A stretch of 46,100 nucleotides of DNA from Verrucomicrobiia bacterium. Lineage in GTDB: Bacteria; Verrucomicrobiota; Verrucomicrobiia; Chthoniobacterales; CALDSX01. Numbering within the stretch: the stretch's first letter is position 1; the number at the start of each line of letters is the position of its first letter. A model generated the notes under the pieces. It did not search any database. It saw only the letters and a list, made by a program, of their open reading frames with translations, and was not told the origin of the DNA. Made by a program: the position numbers and the translations under genes. Below are positions 8,669 through 16,933 of the stretch, piece by piece. The stretch covers positions 1-46,100 of the forward strand of contig DAIRSW010000004.1 in the NCBI GenBank assembly GCA_036804205.1. Direction: 5' to 3'.

Positions 8669-10201
8669 ATGGCGGGCATGGAGCAGGAACAAACATTTTT
8701 TTGGGGGGTGAGCACCTCAGCCTATCAATCTGAGGGAGGCTATAACGGACCCGGACAGCCACACAATAACTGGGCTTTGGTGGAGAAGCAGGGGCGTGTC
8801 GAAACAACGGGTGCCACATCCGAGTTTTGGACTCGATATGAGGAGGATTTTCGGCACTGCCAGGATATGGGGCTGAACGCCTTCCGGCTTGGTTTAGAGT
8901 GGACCCGCTTGCAACCGGAACGCCCGGAATCCTTGGCGGATATTGAACAGACGGCCCTTGTTCAATATGCAAAGATGATTGCGAGTTGTCGTGACTTTGG
9001 GATGGAACCCATCGTGACCCTGCATCACTTCACCCACCCAGTTTGGCTGGGCTCGGATGCCTGGCTGGATTCCGCCACCGCGGGAGCGTTTGCCGAATTC
9101 GCAGTGGCGCTCATTCGGCAGTTGAATGACCAGCTGGAGAAGGCGCATCAACAAGAGCCGTTAAAGTATTTTATCACGATTAACGAGCCTAATATGTTGG
9201 CTTTGAACACCTATTTCGGGCGGCAATTTCCAAGTCAAACCCGGTCCGGCCCGAAGATTGTGATGAGGGCGTATGACACCCTTTTAAACGCTCATTTAAA
9301 GTGCTACCAGGGCTTGCATGCGCTTTATCGCAAGCAAGGATGGTCCACGCCGAAGATTAGTTTGAATACCTACTGTAGCGACTGTTACTGGAACGATCTT
9401 GTTCTTTGGCATTCCATTGATGCCCGACGGCGGGGTGTGAAGTTGGACGATGTGAGTGAATTCTTGCGCTTCGAGGCGCGGGAGTTCGATAAGAAATTTC
9501 GACGTGCTAAACTCCCCCTGAGTTGGAATTTGCCGCGTGTGTTTGGCACCTTCGTCCATCAAATAGGCAATGCCATCGGCAGAAAGCATTTTAAACCGTC
9601 CAATTTGCCGGAGAGTCTCAGAACTTTGTACGAGACCGAGGAAGAGGGGAGCTTTGATTTTGTGGGGCTCGATTATTACGATCCTTTTGTGTCGCACACC
9701 TTCCGTTTTCCAAGACTCTCGGATATCGAGCAGCGGCATCCAAGTTTTCGAGCTTGGATGATGAACGCGGTCACCAGCAAGTGGTGGGATTGGCGGGTGC
9801 TGCCGAAAGGCTTACACTTTTTTTGTCAAACCTACACAGACAGTTTACAGCGGCCCATTTTTATTGCCGAAAATGGCATGGCGCTAGCGCGACGGTGGAA
9901 TAACCGCCCTATTAACCGTCGAGATGGCATGACTCGGAGCGAGTTTTTGCGGCTGCATGTGGCCGAGGTGTGCCGGATGCGCGCGGAGGAAATTCCGATC
10001 ATGGGCTACATGCATTGGTCGCTTACCGATAATTATGAGTGGGGATCCTTTACACCACGCTTCGGTTTGTTTACCATTGATTACCATGTCAGTCGAGATC
10101 GCATTGCCTATGACCACTTGGAAGATTGTCCCTCAGAAACCTACCGGGGCTTGGTGGCCAATAGCTGCCGGCTTATGGAGGAGTGGAAAGAGGCCCACTA
10201 G
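8669..10201 (+). CDS. glycoside hydrolase family 1 (beta-glucosidase-like)
   Basis: FFWGVSTSAYQSEGG N-terminal signature, TINEPN acid/base motif and IAENG nucleophile motif. Confidence 0.85.
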   Translation: MAGMEQEQTFFWGVSTSAYQSEGGYNGPGQPHNNWALVEKQGRVETTGATSEFWTRYEEDFRHCQDMGLNAFRLGLEWTRLQPERPESLADIEQTALVQYAKMIASCRDFGMEPIVTLHHFTHPVWLGSDAWLDSATAGAFAEFAVALIRQLNDQLEKAHQQEPLKYFITINEPNMLALNTYFGRQFPSQTRSGPKIVMRAYDTLLNAHLKCYQGLHALYRKQGWSTPKISLNTYCSDCYWNDLVLWHSIDARRRGVKLDDVSEFLRFEAREFDKKFRRAKLPLSWNLPRVFGTFVHQIGNAIGRKHFKPSNLPESLRTLYETEEEGSFDFVGLDYYDPFVSHTFRFPRLSDIEQRHPSFRAWMMNAVTSKWWDWRVLPKGLHFFCQTYTDSLQRPIFIAENGMALARRWNNRPINRRDGMTRSEFLRLHVAEVCRMRAEEIPIMGYMHWSLTDNYEWGSFTPRFGLFTIDYHVSRDRIAYDHLEDCPSETYRGLVANSCRLMEEWKEAH

Positions 10202-10211
10202 CGTGCCAGGT

Positions 10212-10595
10212 ATGTTTTGCCTCGTGGCAGCGTTCTTGCTGTCAGGGGCGTCAGCCCATGCTCAAGAGGAAGCCCTAGTTGAAGAGAAGGTCTACAGCGC
10301 TGATGATTTTGAAGGCTTGGTGGCCGCCGAGGGAACTCATGTTGCTGTGCAAGGACTCATCAGGGAGGTTGGACGTGATGCACAGTCGGGGACGGTTTTT
10401 TTGAACTTTGAGGGAGCTGGTCGCAATGGTTTTTATTGTTTGGTGTTTCCCAGGAATTTTATCAATTTTCCCGAAACAGACTTTGAATCGATCTATTCAA
10501 ACCAATCCGCGGTGGTCACCGGAACGATCGCGATTCATCGGGGACAGCCTCAGATTATTCTAGAGAATCCAGAGCAGGTGAGTGTTGCTGAGTGA
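10212..10595 (+). CDS. small secreted protein of unknown function
   Basis: The 9957 ORF overlaps the GH1 gene. The ATG at 10212 gives MFCLVAAFLLSGASAHA, a signal peptide, followed by a ~105 aa domain. The fold is not identified. Confidence 0.55.
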   Translation: MFCLVAAFLLSGASAHAQEEALVEEKVYSADDFEGLVAAEGTHVAVQGLIREVGRDAQSGTVFLNFEGAGRNGFYCLVFPRNFINFPETDFESIYSNQSAVVTGTIAIHRGQPQIILENPEQVSVAE

Positions 10596-10954
10596 GGAAA
10601 AATTCCGGGCGGAAGCGCGTTCCCGGGTGGCCTCGACCAAATGGCTTGGAGGGCACGGATTCCTTTGTGAGTGCTCAGAGCTGCTTTCGTTTCCGCATAC
10701 GCAAATAAAGATGAGATGAAGGAATAAGGAGGCAACGCAAAGAGCGTCGGCCACCAAGAGTGGGGCCAAGGTGAATACCAACCACGCGTAAACACTTCGA
10801 TAAAGTCTGTATCGGCAAAACACGAGAAAGGTGTTGGCACGCTCCAGATTAGATGAATTTGTCGCCCTCCGTGAAGCCATTTCCAAAACTGCACACCGCT
10901 CGTGATGACCCAGAGGATGCCCTCATATACGTTAAACCACTGGTCGGACATCAT
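10550..10954 (-). CDS. hypothetical Trp-rich protein (weak call)
   Basis: 134 aa ORF with no recognisable motifs. Its 3' end overlaps the convergent 10212-10595 gene by 46 nt. Confidence 0.3.
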   Translation of the reverse strand: MMSDQWFNVYEGILWVITSGVQFWKWLHGGRQIHLIWSVPTPFSCFADTDFIEVFTRGWYSPWPHSWWPTLFALPPYSFISSLFAYAETKAALSTHKGIRALQAIWSRPPGNALPPGIFPHSATLTCSGFSRII

Positions 10955-10983
10955 CAGGAGAAGGTGGACTCGTCAGGTATACA

Positions 10984-11019
10984 CAAAAAAAGCTCACCTT
11001 CCCGAGGGAAGGTGAGCTT
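10984..11019 (-). terminator. Rho-independent terminator downstream of the OMP gene
   Basis: Perfect ~13-bp stem (aagctcaccttcc / ggaaggtgagctt) followed on the minus strand by a U7 run. It lies about 17 nt after the stop at 11037. Confidence 0.7.
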
Positions 11020-11036
11020 AAATTGATTTTCAGTTC

Positions 11037-11564
11037 TTAGAAGACGAAACGGAGACCGGCACGTACCAAGGTGAAGTCGGTGTTTTCTTCGGTGAAGACA
11101 TAACGTCCATCACTGAAAACGCCGACACCTGGTGTCACGCGATATTCGAATCCAGCACCGATGCCAGCACCAAACTGATCGATGGAGTCGGTCAAGAGAC
11201 CAGCGGTTCCAAAGATGTAGGGAGCGAAGCAATCCATCGGGAAACGAACTTGCACCACGCCGCTCACGGAGTGGATGGGTTCGCTACCGAAAGCGAAGTA
11301 TTCCAAACCAATACCAATTTGGGGAGTGGTGTAATAAATGAGGTCGACACCGCCAGCAAAGCCGTCGTCGTAGCCCAGAGCTTCATCATCAGCGAACGCA
11401 TAACCGACAAAAAGACCGAGGGTGAATTCACCGCCATCAATACAGGGAGCGGGAATTGGGACCACAGGTTCTTTAAAGCCTTTGGTTGATTTGCTGAAAG
11501 GACCAGCTAGGGCCACGGAGCTTGCGACTGCGAAAAGGCAGAAGGAAGTAAGGAGTTTTTTCAT
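11037..11564 (-). CDS. outer-membrane beta-barrel protein (small OMP)
   Basis: Signal peptide MKKLLTSFCLFAVASSVALA, alternating Gly/aromatic beta-strand pattern, and a C-terminal GLRFVF ending in Phe, the OMP sorting signature. Confidence 0.8.
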   Translation of the reverse strand: MKKLLTSFCLFAVASSVALAGPFSKSTKGFKEPVVPIPAPCIDGGEFTLGLFVGYAFADDEALGYDDGFAGGVDLIYYTTPQIGIGLEYFAFGSEPIHSVSGVVQVRFPMDCFAPYIFGTAGLLTDSIDQFGAGIGAGFEYRVTPGVGVFSDGRYVFTEENTDFTLVRAGLRFVF

Positions 11565-11591
11565 ACTGCTAAGAGTTTTTTAGGTTGATTA

Positions 11592-11635
11592 AGGAATTGG
11601 GTAAGCTTATTAAGGCTTAGGAATTGGAAAAGCTT
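11592..11635. repeat. Two 17-nt direct repeats (aggaattggNNaagctt) 27 nt apart, upstream of the OMP gene
   Basis: 11592-11608 and 11619-11635 differ at 2 positions. They lie 28-71 nt upstream of the OMP start codon. Confidence 0.7.
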
Positions 11636-11903
11636 CAGAATGTCTGGCGTAATGCCAAAAACTCAACGGAGGGCCTCGTAGGCGACAAAACCGTAGGCAA
11701 AATCCTGTCGTCAGAGTCGTTCCTTACCTTTCCAACCAATAACGCAGGGTCTGGCGCTTCCGCCCAAGCCACAGGTATCTTAAACCTGAAAGGCAAAGGA
11801 CGCTCACGAAAAACCATGCAAGAATGTATAAACGACCGGGTTTGTTTAGTCAATATAATTTTTTTGAGGTCCTCCCCACTCCTCTGATGACGTGCGTACT
11901 TAC

Positions 11904-11927
11904 CACTTTGTCACTTTGTCACTTTGT
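11904..11927. repeat. (CACTTTGT)x3 tandem repeat
   Basis: Read directly from the sequence. Confidence 0.9.
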
Positions 11928-11941
11928 TTATATTGTCTATA

Positions 11942-11966
11942 CAATGGCAATGGCAATGGCAATGGC
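11942..11966. repeat. (CAATGG)x4 hexanucleotide microsatellite
   Basis: Read directly from the sequence. It produces the MAMAMAMA run in the spurious ORF 11824-12123. Confidence 0.9.
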
Positions 11967-12125
11967 TTTGATTGCAGCGTTGCCGATGGGTCAATGCGGC
12001 CAAAGAATCCTCCTAAAAGTTGAGTCCGGCGTAGCGCGGATGCGCAGTCAAAACGGCAAAGTTCCTTCATCTAAATTTTTTGTTGCAGAACGCTGGAATA
12101 TTGCCATATTTGTTTTCCGCTAAAA

Positions 12126-12201
<76 letters not shown>

Positions 12202-12301
12202 CTTTCCTGCAAAAAGAACAGCAGCGGACTTGCGAGCCCTATTTGCGATCTACGGTATCCGTGGGCTTTGCCTTTCTTGAAAAGGATATAGGCTACCTCC
12301 C

Positions 12302-13543
12302 ATGAGTGATTCCATCGTCATTGCAGCTTATCGCAACGAGGCGAAACAGCTTGAAGAAATAATTCTTCAAGCCATTGAGCGTGACTTAGAGTCGGTAGGG
12401 CAGTTTTTGTTTCGTCGGATGGAGCCATGCGATTTTGTCTCTACAGATTCCCAAACTCGATATGATGACTTACGCAAACAGCATCAGAAAACCAGCACTC
12501 TCATCCTCAATGGAGCGAAGTCGACCTGCCAAAAGCTTGTCTTGGCCGTCTCCCGACTTTCTCTCTTGGCGGCGAGTCTTAGGACGTATGAGCAATGCAA
12601 GCTCACACTTGAATCGCTCGAAAACAACCCTGCCGAGCTTGCGGAGATTCTTGCTGCGCATCTTGCCAGCGTCTCCCAGGAAGGAGTCAACTCCGAAAGA
12701 CGAGTTCTGCCTTTCTATTCTTACAAGCAGCACAATACCGAACAGAGCGTGATAGAGTTTTTGGATGACCTTGAAGTGATGCTTAAGGCGACGCGTCAGG
12801 CTGCCCCGACAGAAAAGCTCGACTGGGGCCCGGTGCATTGGCTCAACGCACGAACTGGAGGTATTCCTCCTGCGAGTGTGTCTTTAATCTTGGGTTCAAA
12901 AGGAGCAGGAAAATCTTTGTTCGCGCAATCCGTTCTGCTGTCGGCGGTTGCCAAGGACCAAGCGGTCCATCTGATGAGCCTGCGCGACTCGGTCGAGTCG
13001 ATTGCCAGAAGATTGCTTACGGCGGGCGCACAAATTGATCTGTCTACTGTGTCTAAAGGTATCTCTACAACGACTATGGAGAGCCTGATGAAAGTCAGTG
13101 TTTTGATCGCGGAAAAGTTGACCTCAAGCGAGCTGGTCGCGCCACATGCGAGCCTTTTGACACCGGTGGCCGAGCGGGCGCTTCATGAGCACGGATTCAA
13201 GCTTATCGTTATTGAGGATATCGACTCATGCCTGGCCAGAGACGGAAAGTCGCTCAACGAAATCGAACTGAGAAACGCGCTGCGGCAGCTTAGTGGATTG
13301 GCTAGAAGAACCGGCGTGCGGGTGGTGGTCACCTGCCATGCTGACATCGGCGATACCGTGGTGAGTCATTCGCACTGCGCAGATTATGTGTTTCACCTCC
13401 ACCCACCTGAGTTGGGATCGCATGAATCTACTTATAGCTTGGAGATTCTCCGGAACGCGCTTGGCCCTCTTGGTAGCGTCAAGCTCATTTTGCAAGCCCG
13501 TTTGCAAGGCTTTTTTGAGTATATCGAAGGGAGCGTTTTCTAG
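12302..13543 (+). CDS. divergent DnaB-like / RecA-superfamily ATPase (DnaB C-terminal-domain-like), function unknown
   Basis: 413 aa. Walker A GSKGAGKS (res 198-205), Walker B-like LIVIEDID, and DnaB-like block order (TGG...G...GK, SL..S, hhhhD, ADYV..L). Several DnaB catalytic positions are substituted. Confidence 0.65.
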   Translation: MSDSIVIAAYRNEAKQLEEIILQAIERDLESVGQFLFRRMEPCDFVSTDSQTRYDDLRKQHQKTSTLILNGAKSTCQKLVLAVSRLSLLAASLRTYEQCKLTLESLENNPAELAEILAAHLASVSQEGVNSERRVLPFYSYKQHNTEQSVIEFLDDLEVMLKATRQAAPTEKLDWGPVHWLNARTGGIPPASVSLILGSKGAGKSLFAQSVLLSAVAKDQAVHLMSLRDSVESIARRLLTAGAQIDLSTVSKGISTTTMESLMKVSVLIAEKLTSSELVAPHASLLTPVAERALHEHGFKLIVIEDIDSCLARDGKSLNEIELRNALRQLSGLARRTGVRVVVTCHADIGDTVVSHSHCADYVFHLHPPELGSHESTYSLEILRNALGPLGSVKLILQARLQGFFEYIEGSVF

Positions 13544-13608
13544 CGAGCAAAGACATCGAGCCCGATTCTGAGCCGAGAGCCCTGAAGGTTTCTAGCTCCT
13601 CAATAGGA

Positions 13609-14901
13609 TTAGAGTTGCGGCACGTTGCGCAATCGGTTCTCCCAGCGAGTGAGCAAATGCACCACAACATTTGTCCCAAACTTGTAGGTGGCAGCAAGAG
13701 TTTCTGGTTCCATATTTCGAAAGTAAATATTGCGTCGCTCCCACATGGAATGATTGATCGCCACGAGATTTCTGTTTTCATCGCGGCGCATGTCCACGGT
13801 GCCGTCGGCCATGAGGCCTATTTGCCACATGTCTCCGTACGAATTGGCAGTATAAATGACCGCAATCTCATCGTAGAACCTTAACACTTCGACAGGTTCC
13901 TGGTAGTAGTTGATCCCGGATGGTGCCTGCCGAATCTCCGGATAATAACCACCAGAAAATATCGGATGATTTGCTTCGAGAACCTCAAAATCCTTGTCAC
14001 GGTCAGGCAGGACGCGACGCATTTCTCGGCGGAAAGCGATATCAAAGCGTGAACGCCGTCCGGGCAGGGAGCTGTCCCCCCAAATTGCACCTCCAGACAT
14101 GATGTATTTGCGGAGGTTTTGTACTTCTTGATCGGTCAAAACAAAATCTCGTCGACCTGTAAAAAAAATGAAAGGCGGTTTGGCCTCAAAAATTGCGTCA
14201 CTTGCCAGATCCAGAGGCACGGCGTCGGCTTTAGCATCGATTCTTTCGTTAGACCACTGCTTCATCACGTAAAGGAGGTTAGGCAAACTGCCTTTGACGA
14301 CGCGATCATTGCGAACTTCCACCGTAGAGTTCCAGTCGCCGCCAGAGTATTTGGCGAGAAAAGCCGTGAACTCAAAGCGTCGTTGGCGAAGGCCTTGGCC
14401 GGATGTGCCGCCCCCAGTCCCGCCTTGCGCCCAGCTTCCCGTCATGGCCTGAATGTTACGTGCCACGTCCATGGGCATGGCACCGGGGGCTCCGGTCGGT
14501 GCTCGGGGCGTCGGAATGTTGGCAATGTCTGTCGGGGTAATGTTGGGGGAAGTGCCCGCAAACGAGGGCAAAACAAAATTTGACATGTTTGGGCTCACCG
14601 AAGTCAGGGCGTTCATGCTGGAAACCGGTGTGGGAGCTGAGGGAGCGACCACGGCAGGCGTAGCTGGGAGGTTTTGCAGCGGTTGGGCTTGCGGAACGCT
14701 TGCGGTTGGCGCGGATTCACCAGCCGGAGCAAACATGCCGCCCGGATCACCCCAAAATTCATTCTCCTCCAAGGCATTCTTGAAGAGAACAGCTCCACCA
14801 AGGCCAACCACGACCATTAAGTGGATCAGAAGCGAAACAGTAAAAAATCGAGAGTTACTCAGAGTGTGAGTAATCTTTTTGGTAAGTTCTTGTTTAGGCA
14901 T
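13609..14901 (-). CDS. DUF4159 domain-containing membrane-anchored protein
   Basis: N-terminal TM helix, a Pro/Ala/Thr-rich linker, then PPFIFFTGRRDFVLTDQEVQNLRKYIMSGGAIWGDS, typical of DUF4159 proteins. Confidence 0.7.
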   Translation of the reverse strand: MPKQELTKKITHTLSNSRFFTVSLLIHLMVVVGLGGAVLFKNALEENEFWGDPGGMFAPAGESAPTASVPQAQPLQNLPATPAVVAPSAPTPVSSMNALTSVSPNMSNFVLPSFAGTSPNITPTDIANIPTPRAPTGAPGAMPMDVARNIQAMTGSWAQGGTGGGTSGQGLRQRRFEFTAFLAKYSGGDWNSTVEVRNDRVVKGSLPNLLYVMKQWSNERIDAKADAVPLDLASDAIFEAKPPFIFFTGRRDFVLTDQEVQNLRKYIMSGGAIWGDSSLPGRRSRFDIAFRREMRRVLPDRDKDFEVLEANHPIFSGGYYPEIRQAPSGINYYQEPVEVLRFYDEIAVIYTANSYGDMWQIGLMADGTVDMRRDENRNLVAINHSMWERRNIYFRNMEPETLAATYKFGTNVVVHLLTRWENRLRNVPQL

Positions 14902-15137
14902 AATCAGGGTGGGAAAAAAGATTTAAAAAGTCCAAAACGACTTTTTCACACCACAATAAACAACAAATTCTGCAGATGTGCAAGACCCCTTCAAGCCTGA
15001 ATTCATTTGCACGCCAGCGCCTCCCACGCCAAGATGGTGATTCGATGTCGAAACTGTCGCCTTCAGCACCCCTGTCCACCCCTGTCGTCCCTTCGCCTGT
15101 GAAGGGATCGGGCCGGTCGGCCGTTTTCCCAACCTTG

Positions 15138-16286
15138 ATGGACCGTTACATGTTGGCAAACTTTCTCTGGCCATTGGCTTTTTGCATCACAGGTTTTGTC
15201 GGGCTATGGGTGATCTTCGACTTTGGCCAAAGCGGGCTTGGACTGCTTGCTGACGAAGTGCCCTTTACAGAAATCCTGGGCTATTACCTGACTTTGCTTC
15301 CTGCGGTGGTTGTTTTGACGATGCCGCTCTCACTTCTTCTGGCTATTCTCTACTCGCTCACGCGCATGTCGCGACGCAATGAGATCATTAGCTTTCTCAC
15401 TGCGGGGGTGAGCTTGCCCCGGATGGCGGCACCAATTTTTCTAGTAGGCGTCATTTTGAGTTTGGTCAGTTTTGGGTTGCACTACCGCCTCGCGCCTCGC
15501 GCCGAGAGTGTGGCTAAAGATGGGATCCAAGAATTTCGCGCGAGTGTTACTCAGACCCGCAGGATGTATGCCCACATCTTTCGCAACAACCAAGAAAATC
15601 GGCTTTGGTTCCTTCATCGAGTCCCGCTTGACGAAGGGCCAGCCCCACGATTCCGCGGCGTCCAGGTCATCCAACAGCATCCGGATCGTGGTGGGTTCAC
15701 AAAGTATTATGCCCAGTTTGCGCATTATGATGTGAGCGAGCAGATGTGGGTCTTCCAGAGAGCCAAACGCATCGATTTGGATGCGGATGGCGGATTGGTT
15801 AGGGAAGAAGTTGTTCGCACGATACGAATTGGGGGATGGAGCGAACGGCCTTTTCATATCATGAGTTCTCAGCTGAAGGCAAGTGCCATGGGAGTGCCGG
15901 AGCTGCAAGATTACCTTGAGCAAAGCGCGGTCTTTACGCCCGCGCAATTGGCACCGTTCCGCACCCACCTCTGGTTTCGATTTGCCAATCCGTGGACCTG
16001 TTTTGCGGTGACTTTATTTGGGGTTCCCCTGGCTATTGTCTTTAACCGTCGGGGTATGCTAGGAAGCGTGGGCTGGGCTATTGCCATGTTTTTTCTGCTT
16101 TGGGTCACCAGCCAAATCGCGGTTGCTCTCGGTGAGGGGCAGCGTTTGCAGCCGGGCGTAGCGGCGTGGTTTGGTGTCAGCTTTTTCTCGTCGATCGGTC
16201 TGGTTCTCTTTTATTTCCGAGCCAACAACCGTGATTTTCCAACGCTTAGTAGGATACTGCGCCCCCTCCCAACCCCTGCGTCATGA
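15138..16286 (+). CDS. LptF/LptG family LPS export permease
   Basis: MDRYMLANFLWPLAFCITGF start, six-TM YjgP/YjgQ layout with a periplasmic beta-jellyroll insert. The ORF is open from 14976, but the upstream 54 codons look non-coding. Confidence 0.85.
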   Translation: MDRYMLANFLWPLAFCITGFVGLWVIFDFGQSGLGLLADEVPFTEILGYYLTLLPAVVVLTMPLSLLLAILYSLTRMSRRNEIISFLTAGVSLPRMAAPIFLVGVILSLVSFGLHYRLAPRAESVAKDGIQEFRASVTQTRRMYAHIFRNNQENRLWFLHRVPLDEGPAPRFRGVQVIQQHPDRGGFTKYYAQFAHYDVSEQMWVFQRAKRIDLDADGGLVREEVVRTIRIGGWSERPFHIMSSQLKASAMGVPELQDYLEQSAVFTPAQLAPFRTHLWFRFANPWTCFAVTLFGVPLAIVFNRRGMLGSVGWAIAMFFLLWVTSQIAVALGEGQRLQPGVAAWFGVSFFSSIGLVLFYFRANNRDFPTLSRILRPLPTPAS

Positions 16287-16834
16287 GTCGGAAAACGAAA
16301 ACAACCCAGACACTCTTGCAAACACTGAAAGGTGACTGGCCAATCAACCGACGGGCCATCCAGTGTTGCCTGACTGAAAAGGCTTTCGCAGAAGAAGATG
16401 TGTTTTACACGCTCCTGTTTGAGCGTGCCGAGGGCTTTGAAAGGCGCGACCTCAGCCAGGAAGGTTGGCAAAAGTTTCAAGCGGACCCGAGCTTTGAAGC
16501 GCCCTTTTCCTTTTGGCGTTCCCGCTTTAAAAAAGTGATCGCGGATGACCAGCCTCTCAGTGATCAGGATCGTTTCGAGACACTTTTTCGCGAACTGGCC
16601 GGTCAGCTTGATCCTGGTGCTCAGCGTGCCTGCTACGTGGTGGCATTGATGTTAGAGAGAAAAAAACGACTTCGGCAGGTCGACATCAAAGAGCGCGAAG
16701 ATGGTCAGGTCATTTTGATTTACGAAAACCCGAGCACCAATGAGGTCTTTATGGTGCCTGACCCGGACCTGAAGCTAAACGAGCTTGAGCCGATTCAGCG
16801 TGAAGTCGCGGAACTTTTGGCGACCCTAGAGTAA
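16283..16834 (+). CDS. hypothetical cytoplasmic protein, apparently translationally coupled to the LptF/G gene
   Basis: 183 aa ORF. Its ATG overlaps the upstream stop (ATGA at 16283-16286). No recognisable motifs. Confidence 0.6.
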   Translation: MSRKTKTTQTLLQTLKGDWPINRRAIQCCLTEKAFAEEDVFYTLLFERAEGFERRDLSQEGWQKFQADPSFEAPFSFWRSRFKKVIADDQPLSDQDRFETLFRELAGQLDPGAQRACYVVALMLERKKRLRQVDIKEREDGQVILIYENPSTNEVFMVPDPDLKLNELEPIQREVAELLATLE

Positions 16835-16933
16835 ACGGGTGAAAAGCCAGCAGGTTGTTGCTGGGGTTCCCCTGGGACCAGATAAGAGGCAGCCTCTATT
16901 CGAGCACCCAGCCGCCGCTGCCCTACGTGTCTC

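Noticed and set aside
9957-10211. N-terminal 85 codons of the 212-aa ORF overlapping the GH1 gene
   Set aside because: This part lies out of frame inside the GH1 coding sequence. A signal peptide begins at the internal ATG 10212, so the gene was trimmed.
11824-12123. 99-aa ORF containing MAMAMAMA
   Set aside because: It is a translation of the two microsatellites and runs to within 2 nt of the tRNA-Glu gene. It has no coding signal.
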